DNA of 64,000 nt from Candidatus Omnitrophota bacterium (GTDB taxonomy: Bacteria > Omnitrophota > Gorgyraeia > Duberdicusellales > 4484-171), in NCBI GenBank assembly GCA_037146775.1, contig JBAWWL010000008.1, positions 6,160 through 70,159 of the forward strand, read 5' to 3'. Positions 39,270-50,316 of the stretch are shown one piece after another. The translations under genes and the position numbers were made by a program. The notes under the pieces are model-generated. The model did not search any database. It worked only from the letters and a program-made list of their open reading frames with translations, and had not been told where the DNA came from. How positions within the stretch are numbered: the stretch's first letter is position 1; each line of letters begins with the position of its first letter.

Positions 39270-40052
39270 ATGTTAGCTAAGCGTATTATCCCTTGCTTGG
39301 ATATTAATAAGGGCAGGGTAGTAAAAGGGGTAAATTTCGTTCAATTAAAAGACGCCGGTGATCCCATTAAAAATGCCCAGTTTTATGAACGGGAAGGCGC
39401 TGATGAGCTTGTATTTTTAGATATTACTGCCAGCTTTGAACAGCGCTCTACTACTGTTGATTTGGTACGTAAGGTCGCGCAGGTGGTATTCATGCCCTTT
39501 ACGGTAGGGGGCGGGATACGCAGTGTTGAGGACATTAGAGCGCTTTTGCGTGCCGGAGCGGATAAGGTTTCGCTTAATACCATAGCGGTAAATAACCCTC
39601 CTATTGTACGTAAAGCAAGCGGTATTTTTGGCAGTCAATGCATCGTAGTTGCTATTGATGCCAAGCGCATGCATAGCGCTAAGCGTAGGGGCAAAAGTGG
39701 AAGGCAATGGGAAGTGTATATTAATGGCGGGAGAACCCCTACTGGTTTGAATGCGTTAACGTGGGCTAAACGGGTAGAATCGTTAGGTGCGGGAGAAATA
39801 CTGCTTACAAGTATGGATTATGATGGCACGAAAGATGGATATGATATTGAGTTGACCAAAGAAATTACCGCACACGTGAGAATTCCGGTGATTGCTTCCG
39901 GAGGCGCCGGACGGATTTCTCATTTCTATGATGTATTTCATGACACAGGGGTGTCTGCGGCACTCGCCGCCTCTATCTTTCATTATCGGGAAATTCGAAT
40001 AAAGGAAATCAAAGAACAATTAAAAGCGAAAGGAGTTGAGGTGCGTACATGA
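39270..40052 (+). CDS. hisF: Imidazole glycerol phosphate synthase cyclase subunit
   Basis: [30 protein letters not shown]. Confidence 0.97.
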   Translation: MLAKRIIPCLDINKGRVVKGVNFVQLKDAGDPIKNAQFYEREGADELVFLDITASFEQRSTTVDLVRKVAQVVFMPFTVGGGIRSVEDIRALLRAGADKVSLNTIAVNNPPIVRKASGIFGSQCIVVAIDAKRMHSAKRRGKSGRQWEVYINGGRTPTGLNALTWAKRVESLGAGEILLTSMDYDGTKDGYDIELTKEITAHVRIPVIASGGAGRISHFYDVFHDTGVSAALAASIFHYREIRIKEIKEQLKAKGVEVRT

Positions 40053-40486
40053 AGAAACCAGAGACCAGAAACCAGAGGACAGAAGTCAGAAGACGGAAGA
40101 CAGAGGTCAGAGGTCAGAAGTCAGAAGACAGAAGACAGAGGACAGAGGACAGAAGGCAGAGGGGAAAGATAATAGTTCCGAAGTTAAAATTTGACGAAAA
40201 GGGGCTTATCCCTGCAATCGTTCAAGATGTAAAAAACGGCGATGTACTTATGATCGCTTATATGAATGAAGAGTCTCTGCGTATCACCTTGAAAGAAAAA
40301 AGGACTTGTTTTTATTCTCGTTCGCGCCAAACCCTGTGGAGAAAAGGCGATACCAGCGGGCATATCCAGAAAGTGAAGGCTGTGTGCTATGATTGTGATT
40401 GCGACGCGCTTCTGATTAAAGTTGAGCAAACAGGCGTGGCGTGTCACACTGGAGAGAGCAGCTGTTTTTATAGAAAAATTATTTGA
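40049..40486 (+). CDS. hisI: Phosphoribosyl-AMP cyclohydrolase with repeat-encoded N-terminal extension
   Basis: [33 protein letters not shown]. Confidence 0.95.
   Translation: MKKPETRNQRTEVRRRKTEVRGQKSEDRRQRTEDRRQRGKIIVPKLKFDEKGLIPAIVQDVKNGDVLMIAYMNEESLRITLKEKRTCFYSRSRQTLWRKGDTSGHIQKVKAVCYDCDCDALLIKVEQTGVACHTGESSCFYRKII
40058..40162 (+). repeat. 15 x 7-bp tandem repeat (NCAGARG) in frame within hisI
   Basis: Counted 15 units = 105 bp = 35 codons. Confidence 0.92.
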
Positions 40487-40510
40487 AGTAATCACTATGG
40501 TAATATTATT

Positions 40511-42001
40511 ATGGAAATAACTCCTACGCTAAAAGATTTCTTGCGAGTGACGAAAACCAATAATCTTATTGTTTTGTCACACACATTCTATGCGGACTCG
40601 CTTACTCCGGTTTCTATCTATCATACTTTATCCAAACAGTTAAAAGGGGAAAGTTTTCTTTTGGAATCTGTAGAGGGGGAAGAAAAGGTAAGCCGTTTTT
40701 CCTTTCTTGGATTCATGCCTATATGTACCTTTAGAAGCAAGGATAGAAAAGTTTATATCAATGAAGGCAAGGAAGTTGTTTTTGAAACCAAGAAAGATCC
40801 TTTATATGAGTTGCAAAAGTTGATGCGTAAATTCAAGGTTGCTCCCAAGGAAAATTTACGTTTTTTTGGAGGTTTTGTCGGTTATGTCGGCTATGACGTG
40901 GTAAAGTTTTATGAGCCAGTAGGAAAATCTTTGCCGGACTGTCTCGGTGTTCCCGATATCTACCTTGTATTACCGAAATTTCTGATTATTTTTGACCATT
41001 TGAAAAGGCAAATAGAAATGCTTTCATTCGTGGCGATTGGACACCGGAAAGATTTAAGGAAAGTATACGCCGAGGAAAAGTCTCGCCTGGAAACGCTTTG
41101 TAAAAAAATGTATACCCCTTCTCGTTTGTCGGCGCTATCGTTTATTGCGGGTAAGCCTGAGGCTACGCAATGCAACATGAGTAAACACGATTTTCTCGCA
41201 AAGGTTAAAAAGGCAAAAGAATATATCAAAAACGGAGATATCATACAGGTGGTACTGTCTCAGCGATTTTCGCTGCCCTTCACCGGTAAGGCGTTCGATG
41301 TATACCGATACTTAAGAATTCTTAATCCGTCTCCTTATATGTTTTACCTTAATTTTAGAGAGGTACAGTTGGCCGGTTCTTCCCCGGAAATGTTGTTGCG
41401 TTGCGAACACAATGAGCTTATTACCCGGCCCATAGCCGGCACACGTAAACGAGGCAAGAATGAAGAAGAGGATAAAGCCCTGGAGCGTTCTTTGCTCGAT
41501 GATCCGAAAGAAAAAGCGGAACATATTATGCTGGTTGATTTAGCCAGAAACGACGTAGGAAGAGTTGCGGCACGAGGGAGCGTACGTACGCCTCTTTTTA
41601 TGACGGTGGAACGTTTTTCGCATGTAATGCATATTGTCAGTGAAGTTAAGGGGACGCTTGAGAAAGGAGAAAATATATTTCGCGCATTAAGCTGTTGTTT
41701 TCCTGCCGGAACGGTCAGTGGCGCTCCTAAGGTACGGGCGATGCAGATCATCAACGAACTGGAGCCGGAGGCACGGGGTATCTATGCGGGTTCGGTCGGA
41801 TATTTTTCCTTCACAAACAGCCTAGATACGTGTATAATAATACGAACGGTAGTATTTAAGAATAATCGTGCATATATTCAGGCTGGAGCCGGTATTGTCA
41901 GCGACTCCAAACCTGACATGGAATATAAAGAAACGGTTAATAAAGCGAAAGCGCAAGTATTAGCTGTACACTTAGGGAATAGAAAGGAGGACGAGATATG
42001 A
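40511..42001 (+). CDS. trpE: Anthranilate synthase component I
   Basis: LLESVEG, NPSPYM, PIAGT, EHIMLVDLARND, GTVSGAPK. Confidence 0.95.
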   Translation: MEITPTLKDFLRVTKTNNLIVLSHTFYADSLTPVSIYHTLSKQLKGESFLLESVEGEEKVSRFSFLGFMPICTFRSKDRKVYINEGKEVVFETKKDPLYELQKLMRKFKVAPKENLRFFGGFVGYVGYDVVKFYEPVGKSLPDCLGVPDIYLVLPKFLIIFDHLKRQIEMLSFVAIGHRKDLRKVYAEEKSRLETLCKKMYTPSRLSALSFIAGKPEATQCNMSKHDFLAKVKKAKEYIKNGDIIQVVLSQRFSLPFTGKAFDVYRYLRILNPSPYMFYLNFREVQLAGSSPEMLLRCEHNELITRPIAGTRKRGKNEEEDKALERSLLDDPKEKAEHIMLVDLARNDVGRVAARGSVRTPLFMTVERFSHVMHIVSEVKGTLEKGENIFRALSCCFPAGTVSGAPKVRAMQIINELEPEARGIYAGSVGYFSFTNSLDTCIIIRTVVFKNNRAYIQAGAGIVSDSKPDMEYKETVNKAKAQVLAVHLGNRKEDEI

Positions 42002-42564
42002 TACGAATATTTGTGTCTTTAACTATTGTTATTCAGTTACTATGTATCCCCCTGTATGCGCAGAGCCAGGCACAGGCGGTTACAGAGAATAAACAAGAAG
42101 CGCAGTCAGGGGCAGCGAGCGGGCCAACTACAAATTTTCAGTGGGGTCCTACAGCTGAAGAGCAGGCAGAGGCGGCGAAGCAGGCTAGCCAAAAATTACA
42201 GAGAAAAGCAGATATTCAACCTGTCGTTCAAGCGCAGAATGCTATACAGGTGCCAACCGAAGAGCATCGGGCAGTGTTGATTACAAAGCGTTCAGGATTC
42301 AGTATTGACCAAAGTCCGCTAAGAAAAATTGCCCGCGGCGCAGTCAACGTGTCGTTGGGCTGGGTAGAGATACCTCGGCAAATGATCAAAGTGAACGAAG
42401 AGGGCGGTGATATTTCCGGAGTATTTTGGGGGCCTTTGAAAGGTTTTGCATATTTTATCGGGAGAACTGCGGTCGGGATTTATGAGATGACGACATTTTT
42501 GTTACCGCCGTACAAAACCGTCGTTGATCCTGAATTTATTTTATCCGACGAAGACGACGATTAA
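41998..42564 (+). CDS. Exosortase system-associated protein (TIGR04073-like)
   Basis: PLRKIARG..NV..GWVEIP..G.YE..TF..P. Confidence 0.75.
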   Translation: MIRIFVSLTIVIQLLCIPLYAQSQAQAVTENKQEAQSGAASGPTTNFQWGPTAEEQAEAAKQASQKLQRKADIQPVVQAQNAIQVPTEEHRAVLITKRSGFSIDQSPLRKIARGAVNVSLGWVEIPRQMIKVNEEGGDISGVFWGPLKGFAYFIGRTAVGIYEMTTFLLPPYKTVVDPEFILSDEDDD

Positions 42565-42587
42565 ACGTCTAATTAAAAGGAGCGAGT

Positions 42588-42842
42588 ATGGTAAGAATTC
42601 GGTTACGCAAACCAGGAAAAGTTGCTAAAGGCAGATATCATTTTAAAATTGTGGTTATTGATTCAGCCCGCGCAAGGGATGCGAGGTTTATCGATGAGTT
42701 GGGCCATTACGATCCTTCCAGGCAACTTCTAAAAGTCAATGTTGAAAAATACGCCTCATGGGTCAAAAAAGGAGCTAAACCCACGGAAACGGTAAGTTCC
42801 CTCGTTAAACGGTATCAAAAAGCGCAAATCGTCAAAACATAA
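42588..42842 (+). CDS. rpsP: 30S ribosomal protein S16
   Basis: MVRIRL, RDARFIDELGHYDP, GAKPTETV. Confidence 0.95.
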   Translation: MVRIRLRKPGKVAKGRYHFKIVVIDSARARDARFIDELGHYDPSRQLLKVNVEKYASWVKKGAKPTETVSSLVKRYQKAQIVKT

Positions 42843-42860
42843 TTAAAAAAAGGAGTACTT

Positions 42861-43148
42861 ATGCAGCCAAATCCACAGGCAGGATTATTCGGTATTGTTC
42901 CGTTGATATTTTTCGTACTAATGCTCTATTTTTTTATTTTTAGGCCTCAGCAGCGAGAGCAGAAACGGCATCGGGAAATGATAGGCAATTTAAAGAAAAA
43001 CGATGAAGTCGTAACTCTTGGGGGTATTCATGGCACCGTCATACAAGTGAAAGAGAAAACGTTTGTGGTGCGGATTGATGACAGTGCAAAAATAGAGGTT
43101 GATAAAAGTGCGATCTCTTACGTAGTAAAGGAGAGACAGAAAGAATGA
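42861..43148 (+). CDS. yajC: Preprotein translocase subunit YajC
   Basis: YFFIFRPQ, DEVVTLGGIHG. Confidence 0.95.
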   Translation: MQPNPQAGLFGIVPLIFFVLMLYFFIFRPQQREQKRHREMIGNLKKNDEVVTLGGIHGTVIQVKEKTFVVRIDDSAKIEVDKSAISYVVKERQKE

Positions 43149-45307
43149 TTAAAAATAGCGATTTGAAACTGCGGTTTATAATTATTGCAGTGCTTACGGC
43201 TTTTAGTGCGCTATTAATATTTCCGCTCAATAAAAAAATAAATTTGGGGCTCGATCTAAAGGGCGGTATGTATGTAGTGCTACGTGCGGATACATCGGGC
43301 CTTGCGGCAGGAAAAGTCGCTGACGCTATGGGCGGCGCCATTGAAAAGATACGTAACAGAATAGATGACTTTGGCGTTAAGGAAACATCTATCAGTTTAC
43401 AGGGAGACAATTCGATTCTTGTACAGCTTCCGGGTGTTGTTGACAGGGAGTTATTAGAGAAACTGCGCCAGGTCGGAAAGCTTGAATTTAGGCTTGTGGA
43501 AGACGACAAAGAAAAAGTAGATGCCGCGCTTAAAGGCAACGTGCCGGAAGGATACGAGCTTAAAGAATATCAATCTTCACGCTTATTGGTACGTAAAGAT
43601 GCTGCGGTGTCCGGCCAGGATTTAGATAAAAGTTTTGTTGGTTTTGATTCAAACTATCAGACGCCCATCGTTCATTTACAGTTGACACCTGAGGGAACGA
43701 AAAAATTTGCCAAAGTGACCGAAGAAAACGTGGGAAAAATGTTGGCTATTCTTCTTGACGGTCACGTGAAAACCGCACCCCGCATTGATGAAGCTATTCC
43801 AAGCGGACAAGCCATTATTCGCGGAGATTTCAGTCTTGATGAAGCCACTACGACCACTAAAGTTTTGAATTCCGGCGCTTTGCCGGTGCCGCTTAATGTT
43901 GAAGAAGAGCGTACCGTAGGGCCATTACTTGGCTCCGATTCAATAAAGAAAGGAGTAAGTTCTTTATTGTTCGGTGCTGCGTTAGTCTTTATTTTTATGC
44001 TCATTTATTATCTCTGGGCCGGAGTAGTAGCGGATATCTGTCTTGTTTTTAACTTACTTTTTACACTCGCCGCCCTAAGTGCTTTTAAAGCTACTTTGAC
44101 CATGCCGGGCATTGCCGGCTTGATTTTAGCTTTGGGTATGGCGGTTGATGCGAATGTATTAATATATGAGCGTGTACGCGAAGAGCTCGCGGCGAAGAAA
44201 CCTTTAAGTAGCGCAATGAAAAGTAGTTTTGACCGCACGTTTTTGACTATTCTTGATTCCAACTTAACTACCATTATTGCTGCCGTGTTTCTTTTTATTT
44301 TTGGAACCGGTCCGATCCGAGGTTTCGCTACTACGCTTATTTTGGGCATTCTTATCAGCATGTTTACCGCTATTTATATTGGTAAAACGCTTTTTGCGTT
44401 TATGCTTAAACGGGGAATGCATAATTTACGTATGCTGCAGTTCTTCCCTAACACCAAGATAGATTTCTTGAAGCCGCGGCACATATTACTTACCATGTCT
44501 GTCGTGGTCATTACTTTTGGTATGATCAGTTTCTTTTCCAAGGGCAACAGTGTGTACAGCATTGATTTTAAAGGCGGGCAGGTACTCGAATATAAATTAA
44601 CGCCTGCGCCGAAGGTTGAAGAGGTGAGAAAAATATTAAGCGAAGCGGGAATGTCCGGATTGTCAATCCAAGATTTTAAAGATATCCAAGGCGGAATTAA
44701 TATAAAAAGTAAAGATGATATCGCCGATAAGGTTGAAGCTACTTTAAAGAAAAACTTCAAGACGGTGGATCGGCTAAGAATCGAACAGGTTGGGCCTACG
44801 ATTGGCAAGTTGCTAAAGACGAAAGCCATCTGGGCGATAGTATTCTCGCTCATAGGCATCTTGGTTTACGTATTTATACGATTCAAACATTTTGATTTTG
44901 CTCTTGCCGGTGTAATTGCGCTGTTGCACGATATTCTGATTGCTCTGGGGTTCGCTACGTTTTTCGGCTACGAAGTTGACATGCTTTTTATCACCGCACT
45001 CTTGACTATCGCCGGCTATTCTATCAACGATACCATTGTTATTTATGATCGTATCAGAGAGTTGGCGCCGCGGATGCATAAACTTTCCATAGCCCAAGTC
45101 ATGAATCAGGCGCTTAACCAGACGTTTTCCCGGACTGTCATTACTTCCTTGACCGTATTTTTTGTTACGCTTTCGATGTATCTTATGGGAGGAGAAGCGC
45201 TTAGGGGATTTTCTTTTATCCTTTTGCTCGGTTTTATTTCCGGTGTCTACTCTACCATATACGTTGCTTCTGCTTTAGTGATTATGTTCAGAAGAGTACG
45301 TGTTTGA
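43145..45307 (+). CDS. secDF: Fused protein translocase SecDF
   Basis: LGLDLKGG, GMAVDANVLIYER, IDFKGG, GYSINDTIVIYDRIRE. Confidence 0.95.
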   Translation: MIKNSDLKLRFIIIAVLTAFSALLIFPLNKKINLGLDLKGGMYVVLRADTSGLAAGKVADAMGGAIEKIRNRIDDFGVKETSISLQGDNSILVQLPGVVDRELLEKLRQVGKLEFRLVEDDKEKVDAALKGNVPEGYELKEYQSSRLLVRKDAAVSGQDLDKSFVGFDSNYQTPIVHLQLTPEGTKKFAKVTEENVGKMLAILLDGHVKTAPRIDEAIPSGQAIIRGDFSLDEATTTTKVLNSGALPVPLNVEEERTVGPLLGSDSIKKGVSSLLFGAALVFIFMLIYYLWAGVVADICLVFNLLFTLAALSAFKATLTMPGIAGLILALGMAVDANVLIYERVREELAAKKPLSSAMKSSFDRTFLTILDSNLTTIIAAVFLFIFGTGPIRGFATTLILGILISMFTAIYIGKTLFAFMLKRGMHNLRMLQFFPNTKIDFLKPRHILLTMSVVVITFGMISFFSKGNSVYSIDFKGGQVLEYKLTPAPKVEEVRKILSEAGMSGLSIQDFKDIQGGINIKSKDDIADKVEATLKKNFKTVDRLRIEQVGPTIGKLLKTKAIWAIVFSLIGILVYVFIRFKHFDFALAGVIALLHDILIALGFATFFGYEVDMLFITALLTIAGYSINDTIVIYDRIRELAPRMHKLSIAQVMNQALNQTFSRTVITSLTVFFVTLSMYLMGGEALRGFSFILLLGFISGVYSTIYVASALVIMFRRVRV

Positions 45308-47192
45308 TACCCTCAAGATCTACACTCAGAAAGAAATATCGCTTGCGGCGGTCCAGGAAAGGCTTTGTCAGCTAGGCTATCGCCGTGTTGATGAGGTTTT
45401 GGAGGAAGGCGATTTTTCTCTGCGCGGAGACACACTAGAACTGCTACCGGTTAATTTCAACTTTCCTTTACGTCTTGAATGGGAATATGACGTTGTCAGT
45501 AAAATCTACAGCTTTGATAAGGCTCTGAACAAAAAGATACTTGATTACGACTTCCTTATCGTTATCCCTCATTTTAAAAAAGCCAAACGCTATACCAACG
45601 AGGATTTTCCTCTCGAGGCGGTCTTAAGGATCAAAAAGGGCGACTATGTCGTTCATAGCCGCTACGGTATAGGCCGGTTCGCCGGCGTCAAGAAATTAAA
45701 AGTAAAAGACAAGGAAGATTATTATTTCGAAATTGAATATGATAAAAAAGATAAACTTTATGTCGCCAAGGAAGAAGCACATCTTATACAGAAATATGTA
45801 AGTTTTTCGCTTAAAAGTCCCCGTTTAAACCGGCTGGGCTCCAAAGAATGGGCACGGACGAAAGAGCGCGTCCAGAAAGGCATTAAAGAATTCGCGCTGG
45901 AGTTAATCCGGATGGAGGCCCAACGCAGCTTAATCGGAGGTTTTAGTTTTTCTGCCGATTGCGACTGGCAGAAAGAATTCGAAGCTAGTTTTCCTTTCGA
46001 AGAAACCCCTGACCAGGCTAAGGCAACAATGGAAACAAAGCGTGAAATGGAATTGCCGGCCTGCATGGACAGGGTTATCTGCGGAGATGTCGGCTATGGC
46101 AAGACTGAAGTGGCTATGCGCGCTGCGTTTAAGGCAATAATGGACAATAAGCAGGTTGCGTTTTTGGTTCCTACCACTATTCTTGCGTATCAGCACTACA
46201 CTAACCTTCTGCGCCGGCTACAAATGTTTCCGGTGCGAGTCGAAATGCTTAGCCGTTTTCGCACCGCGAGCCAGCAGGAAAGAATTATTAAAGATTTAAA
46301 AGAGGGCAAAATCGATATTGTGGTGGGGACACATCGTTTGATTTCCGATGACATTGCTTTTAGCGATTTAGGCCTTCTCATTATTGACGAAGAACATCGT
46401 TTTGGGGTTGAGCATAAAGAAAAAATTAAGAAACTAAAGGTCGGCATTGACGTGCTCACGTTGACCGCAACGCCGATCCCGCGCACCCTTTATATGGGGC
46501 TGATCGGTATCAAGAATATTTCGTTGATTAAAACCCCGCCTAAAGATCGGCTGGCAGTCGAAACAAAAATCATCCAGTTTAACCAGCAGTTTTTGAGGGA
46601 AGTGATTTTGCGTGAAACCGCACGCAGGGGACAGATATTTGTAATTCATAACCGAATTGAGACGATACCGCGGATAGAAAAAATTTTGCGTTCAGTTCTG
46701 CCGGAGCATTTGAGGTTGGCGGTCATACACGGGAGGCTGTCTTCAGCGGAGATCGAGCGCGTGATGCTTGAATTCATTGATAAAAAAATTGATTGCCTTC
46801 TTTCGACGGCGATAGTAGAATCTGGGATCGATATTCCCAGCGCCAATACCATTATTATCAATGATGCGCATACATTTGGTTTAGCTGATTTACATCAGTT
46901 GCGCGGACGAGTGGGAAGGTTCAATGTACAGGCGTATGCGTATCTGGTTGTGCCGGATTTATTTTCGATTTCAAGCGAGGCTCGCGAGCGCTTGGAATTG
47001 ATTGAAAAATTTTCTCATCTGGGCGCCGGCTTTGAGGTGGCGATGAGTGATTTGGAATTACGTGGTGCAGGCAATATTTTGGGAAGAGAGCAGCACGGTT
47101 TTATCTGGATGGTCGGCTTCGATTTATATTGCCGCATCTTAAAGAAAGAGATAGAATATTTAAAAGAAGCATTTAAAATAGACGCCAGTTAA
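45300..47192 (+). CDS. mfd: Shortened transcription-repair coupling factor (630 aa)
   Basis: GDFSLRG (UvrB-like), GDYVVH..YGIG (RID), [32 protein letters not shown]. Confidence 0.88.
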   Translation: MFDTLKIYTQKEISLAAVQERLCQLGYRRVDEVLEEGDFSLRGDTLELLPVNFNFPLRLEWEYDVVSKIYSFDKALNKKILDYDFLIVIPHFKKAKRYTNEDFPLEAVLRIKKGDYVVHSRYGIGRFAGVKKLKVKDKEDYYFEIEYDKKDKLYVAKEEAHLIQKYVSFSLKSPRLNRLGSKEWARTKERVQKGIKEFALELIRMEAQRSLIGGFSFSADCDWQKEFEASFPFEETPDQAKATMETKREMELPACMDRVICGDVGYGKTEVAMRAAFKAIMDNKQVAFLVPTTILAYQHYTNLLRRLQMFPVRVEMLSRFRTASQQERIIKDLKEGKIDIVVGTHRLISDDIAFSDLGLLIIDEEHRFGVEHKEKIKKLKVGIDVLTLTATPIPRTLYMGLIGIKNISLIKTPPKDRLAVETKIIQFNQQFLREVILRETARRGQIFVIHNRIETIPRIEKILRSVLPEHLRLAVIHGRLSSAEIERVMLEFIDKKIDCLLSTAIVESGIDIPSANTIIINDAHTFGLADLHQLRGRVGRFNVQAYAYLVVPDLFSISSEARERLELIEKFSHLGAGFEVAMSDLELRGAGNILGREQHGFIWMVGFDLYCRILKKEIEYLKEAFKIDAS

Positions 47193-47205
47193 AAAAGGAC
47201 AATAT

Positions 47206-48213
47206 ATGGAAAAAAATGTACGTTTCTCTATCGCGAGGTTTGCTATGCGTAAGTTTGTAGTTTTGGGGCTCACTAGCTTGCGGAGTTTTATTCTTTTCGC
47301 GGCACTGCTTACTTTCGGTTTTTCTCTTTATGCGGAAGAAGTCGACCGGATTATTGCGAAAGTTAATGGCCAGGTTGTTACCAGAAAAGATTTAGATGAT
47401 TATACCAAAGTGCTTGCGTATCGCTTTCCGGAACAGGCAGATGCGGTGGCTTTAGGTAAAGTAGACAAAAAGGAAGCATTACAGCGGCTCGTTGAAGATA
47501 CCCTTGTTTTAGACAGGGCAAAAAAAGAGAATATTGAGGTTCCCTCTTATGCGATTGACGGCCAGGTGGGGAAAATTATGGCCTCATACCCTTCTGCCAG
47601 CGAATTTGAAAACTCACTCATTGAACGCGGTCTTACGGTAACCTTGCTAAAAGAGCGTATTAAGGGGCAGTATCTTATGCGCCGTGTTATCGAGAAATAT
47701 GTAAATCTTTATGTGAATGTTTCTCCGCAGGAAGTGAGTGATTATTACGAGGCCCATAAAGATCAAATGGTTTCCGAACCGCGTTATCTGATCTGGATTG
47801 CCAAGGCAGACAAGAAAGAGCTGATAGATGCTATCGCGCAAACAGTAAAGACAAAAGGAATAGAGGAGGCTCATGCTGTCCACGAAAAGTTGTTGGTTAA
47901 GCTGGAGGCCGTGCCGTCAGAGCTTAAGGAAGGCATAGCGGTTTCGATTCGTAACCTTAAGGAGGGCGAGCAGACGGTGCAGGCATTCGGAAACCTGTAT
48001 TATTTTATGTATCTTGAAAAGATGATTCCTGCCAGCCAGCTTAGTTTAGCCGACGCAAAAGAAAAGATATTTGAAACTATCTATAACAAGAAATTTCAAA
48101 AACGGTTTCAGGAATGGATTGCAGAATTAAAAGAAAAAGCTTTTGTCGTTATCTATCTGCATGAGCTTTCTGGCCTCAAAATCTTCGATGTCCTATGTCC
48201 GCAAAACGCGTAG
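47206..48213 (+). CDS. SurA/PrsA-like periplasmic chaperone
   Basis: DRIIAKVNG.V.T, W..ELKEKA; sits between mfd and pdxA. Confidence 0.8.
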   Translation: MEKNVRFSIARFAMRKFVVLGLTSLRSFILFAALLTFGFSLYAEEVDRIIAKVNGQVVTRKDLDDYTKVLAYRFPEQADAVALGKVDKKEALQRLVEDTLVLDRAKKENIEVPSYAIDGQVGKIMASYPSASEFENSLIERGLTVTLLKERIKGQYLMRRVIEKYVNLYVNVSPQEVSDYYEAHKDQMVSEPRYLIWIAKADKKELIDAIAQTVKTKGIEEAHAVHEKLLVKLEAVPSELKEGIAVSIRNLKEGEQTVQAFGNLYYFMYLEKMIPASQLSLADAKEKIFETIYNKKFQKRFQEWIAELKEKAFVVIYLHELSGLKIFDVLCPQNA

Positions 48214-49124
48214 TTATTACTACGGGTGATCCTGCCGGCTGCGGCCCATATATTACCATGAAAGCGATTTACGCCCTCAGGCACGTAAAAGCCGATTTTT
48301 TTGTGGCGGCAGATAAACATGTGTTACAAAATACCGCTCTCTATCACGCGCTTACCGGAAGGATTACCTTAATAGACGCACATACGCCCGGGATTGAGAG
48401 ATTAGAGATAGGCAAGGTGTCGTTGCTTGGCGCCACGGCCAGCTTGAGCTATCTTGATCAAGGCTTGAAGGCCATGCAATGTTTAGGGATTGATCGTTTA
48501 GTTACCGCACCAGTATCGAAAGAAGCCGTGAAGCTGGTTTTACCCGGCTTCTGCGGCCATACGGAATATCTTGCTCGGCATTTCCGGGTAAAGAATTTTG
48601 CCATGATGATGGCTTCCCGAAAGCTTAAAGTGGTTCTTTTTAGCCGTCACCTCCCCTTAAGGGAGGTTTCCGGCGAGATCAGGAAGAAAGAATTACTCGA
48701 CACATTCTCTTTGGTGTATTCTTCTCTGAAAGAGAATTTTAAAATAAAAAATCCTGCCATGGCCGTCTGCGCGCTTAATCCGCACGCCGGTATCTCCACT
48801 TTTATGGAAAAGGAAGAAAGGGCAGTATACGAAGCAGTTAAGGCTTTTTCTGGCCGGATGCACGGCCCTTTCCCCGCGGATACGATTTTTATTCCTCAGA
48901 ATCTAAAAAAATACGATTGTATTATTACGCTCTATCATGACCAGGGAATGATACCTTTTAAGTTGCTTTCCTTAAAAGAAGGGGTTAATGTTACCGTGGG
49001 CCTTCCGATTATTCGTACTTCGCCCGATCATGGTGTTGCGTATGATGTGGTTAAGGAGAACAAAATTCCGTTCGCCTCCTCAATGATTGCGGCAATCAAA
49101 CTTGCCTTAGAACTTTCGGTATGA
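48195..49124 (+). CDS. pdxA: 4-hydroxythreonine-4-phosphate dehydrogenase
   Basis: GDPAG.GP, GHTEYL, LNPHAG, YHDQG, RTSPDHG. Confidence 0.95.
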   Translation: MSAKRVVITTGDPAGCGPYITMKAIYALRHVKADFFVAADKHVLQNTALYHALTGRITLIDAHTPGIERLEIGKVSLLGATASLSYLDQGLKAMQCLGIDRLVTAPVSKEAVKLVLPGFCGHTEYLARHFRVKNFAMMMASRKLKVVLFSRHLPLREVSGEIRKKELLDTFSLVYSSLKENFKIKNPAMAVCALNPHAGISTFMEKEERAVYEAVKAFSGRMHGPFPADTIFIPQNLKKYDCIITLYHDQGMIPFKLLSLKEGVNVTVGLPIIRTSPDHGVAYDVVKENKIPFASSMIAAIKLALELSV

Positions 49125-49888
49125 AACTTTCACATTCATTAGGCCAGGTATTGCTTAAAGATAAAGCGTGTATAGAGAAAATTCTTGCTACGCTTGAAAT
49201 AAGCGGTCAAAATGTGTTAGAAATTGGGCCGGGAACCGGTGAAATTACCGGCCGTATCCTTGAGGCGGCACGATTCTTGTATTGTGTTGAACTAGATACG
49301 CGTTTTTATAATCTTTTGCGGGAAAAATTTAAATCTTCTCATACCATTGAAATTTTTAATCAGGATATTCTTGATTTTAAGCTTTGCGAACTCAATACAA
49401 CGGTAGTTGTATTCGGTAACGTACCGTATCAGATCAGTAACAACTTGATGAGGTATCTTACCGACAACAGACAGTATATTCAAAAAGCCTACTTGACCCT
49501 GCAAAAAGAATTCGTGGATAAACTTATCGCAAGGGTTTCTACGAAATCTTACGGATTTTTAAGCTGTTTTATCCAGTATTACGCGCGCATAGAGAAAGTA
49601 TTTGATATTCCCGCGAAAGCTTTTGTTCCTGTACCGAACGTAGATTCGTCCTTTATCAGGCTTGAGTTTTATGGTCAGCCACCCTATTTGGCCAAGAATG
49701 AAATTTTTCTTTTTAAGGTCATTCGCGGCGCATTCAGCCAGCGGCGTAAAAAAATCATTAATGCGCTTGCTTTTCTCCAGGATATCAAAAAGGTGCTTTT
49801 AGCGCTGGATATTGACTCTAGCCTTAGACCGGAAAACCTTTCGCTTCAAGACTACGTGCGTATCTCTGATAAGTTTGCCCAAGGTTGA
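49121..49888 (+). CDS. rsmA: 16S rRNA dimethyltransferase KsgA
   Basis: LGQ, LEIGPGTG, GNVPYQI, RPENLS. Confidence 0.94.
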   Translation: MKLSHSLGQVLLKDKACIEKILATLEISGQNVLEIGPGTGEITGRILEAARFLYCVELDTRFYNLLREKFKSSHTIEIFNQDILDFKLCELNTTVVVFGNVPYQISNNLMRYLTDNRQYIQKAYLTLQKEFVDKLIARVSTKSYGFLSCFIQYYARIEKVFDIPAKAFVPVPNVDSSFIRLEFYGQPPYLAKNEIFLFKVIRGAFSQRRKKIINALAFLQDIKKVLLALDIDSSLRPENLSLQDYVRISDKFAQG

Positions 49889-49929
49889 TTTCCCGAATAA
49901 AAATGTTATAATTCTTCTATCTATACACT

Positions 49930-50316
49930 ATGGAAATAATGAAGAAACGGATATATTATCATGATACCGATTGTGGCGGGGTGGTTTATTATGCCAACTA
50001 CCTTAAGTATTTTGAGGAAGCGCGCACAGAGTATATGCGCGTAAAGGGCCTTGAGCTAAAAGAGTTAGCTGCTAAAGGTATATTATTCGTGGTACGCAGG
50101 GTAGAAATAGACTATAAAGCGCCTGCGCATTATGCGGATTTATTGGAAATTCATACACAGATTACCAAAACGAAGAATGTCTCCCTTGACTTTTTCCAGG
50201 AGATCAAGCGCGCCGACAAAACCTTAGTCAGCGCCACAACCACGTTGGTGTGCATTGATAGCACCTTTCGCCCCGCCGCCATGCCGGAAGAGCTTATTAA
50301 TAGCATGAGCCGGTAA
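49930..50316 (+). CDS. YbgC/FadM family acyl-CoA thioesterase
   Basis: DTDCGGVVYYANYLKYFE.AR. Confidence 0.92.
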   Translation: MEIMKKRIYYHDTDCGGVVYYANYLKYFEEARTEYMRVKGLELKELAAKGILFVVRRVEIDYKAPAHYADLLEIHTQITKTKNVSLDFFQEIKRADKTLVSATTTLVCIDSTFRPAAMPEELINSMSR

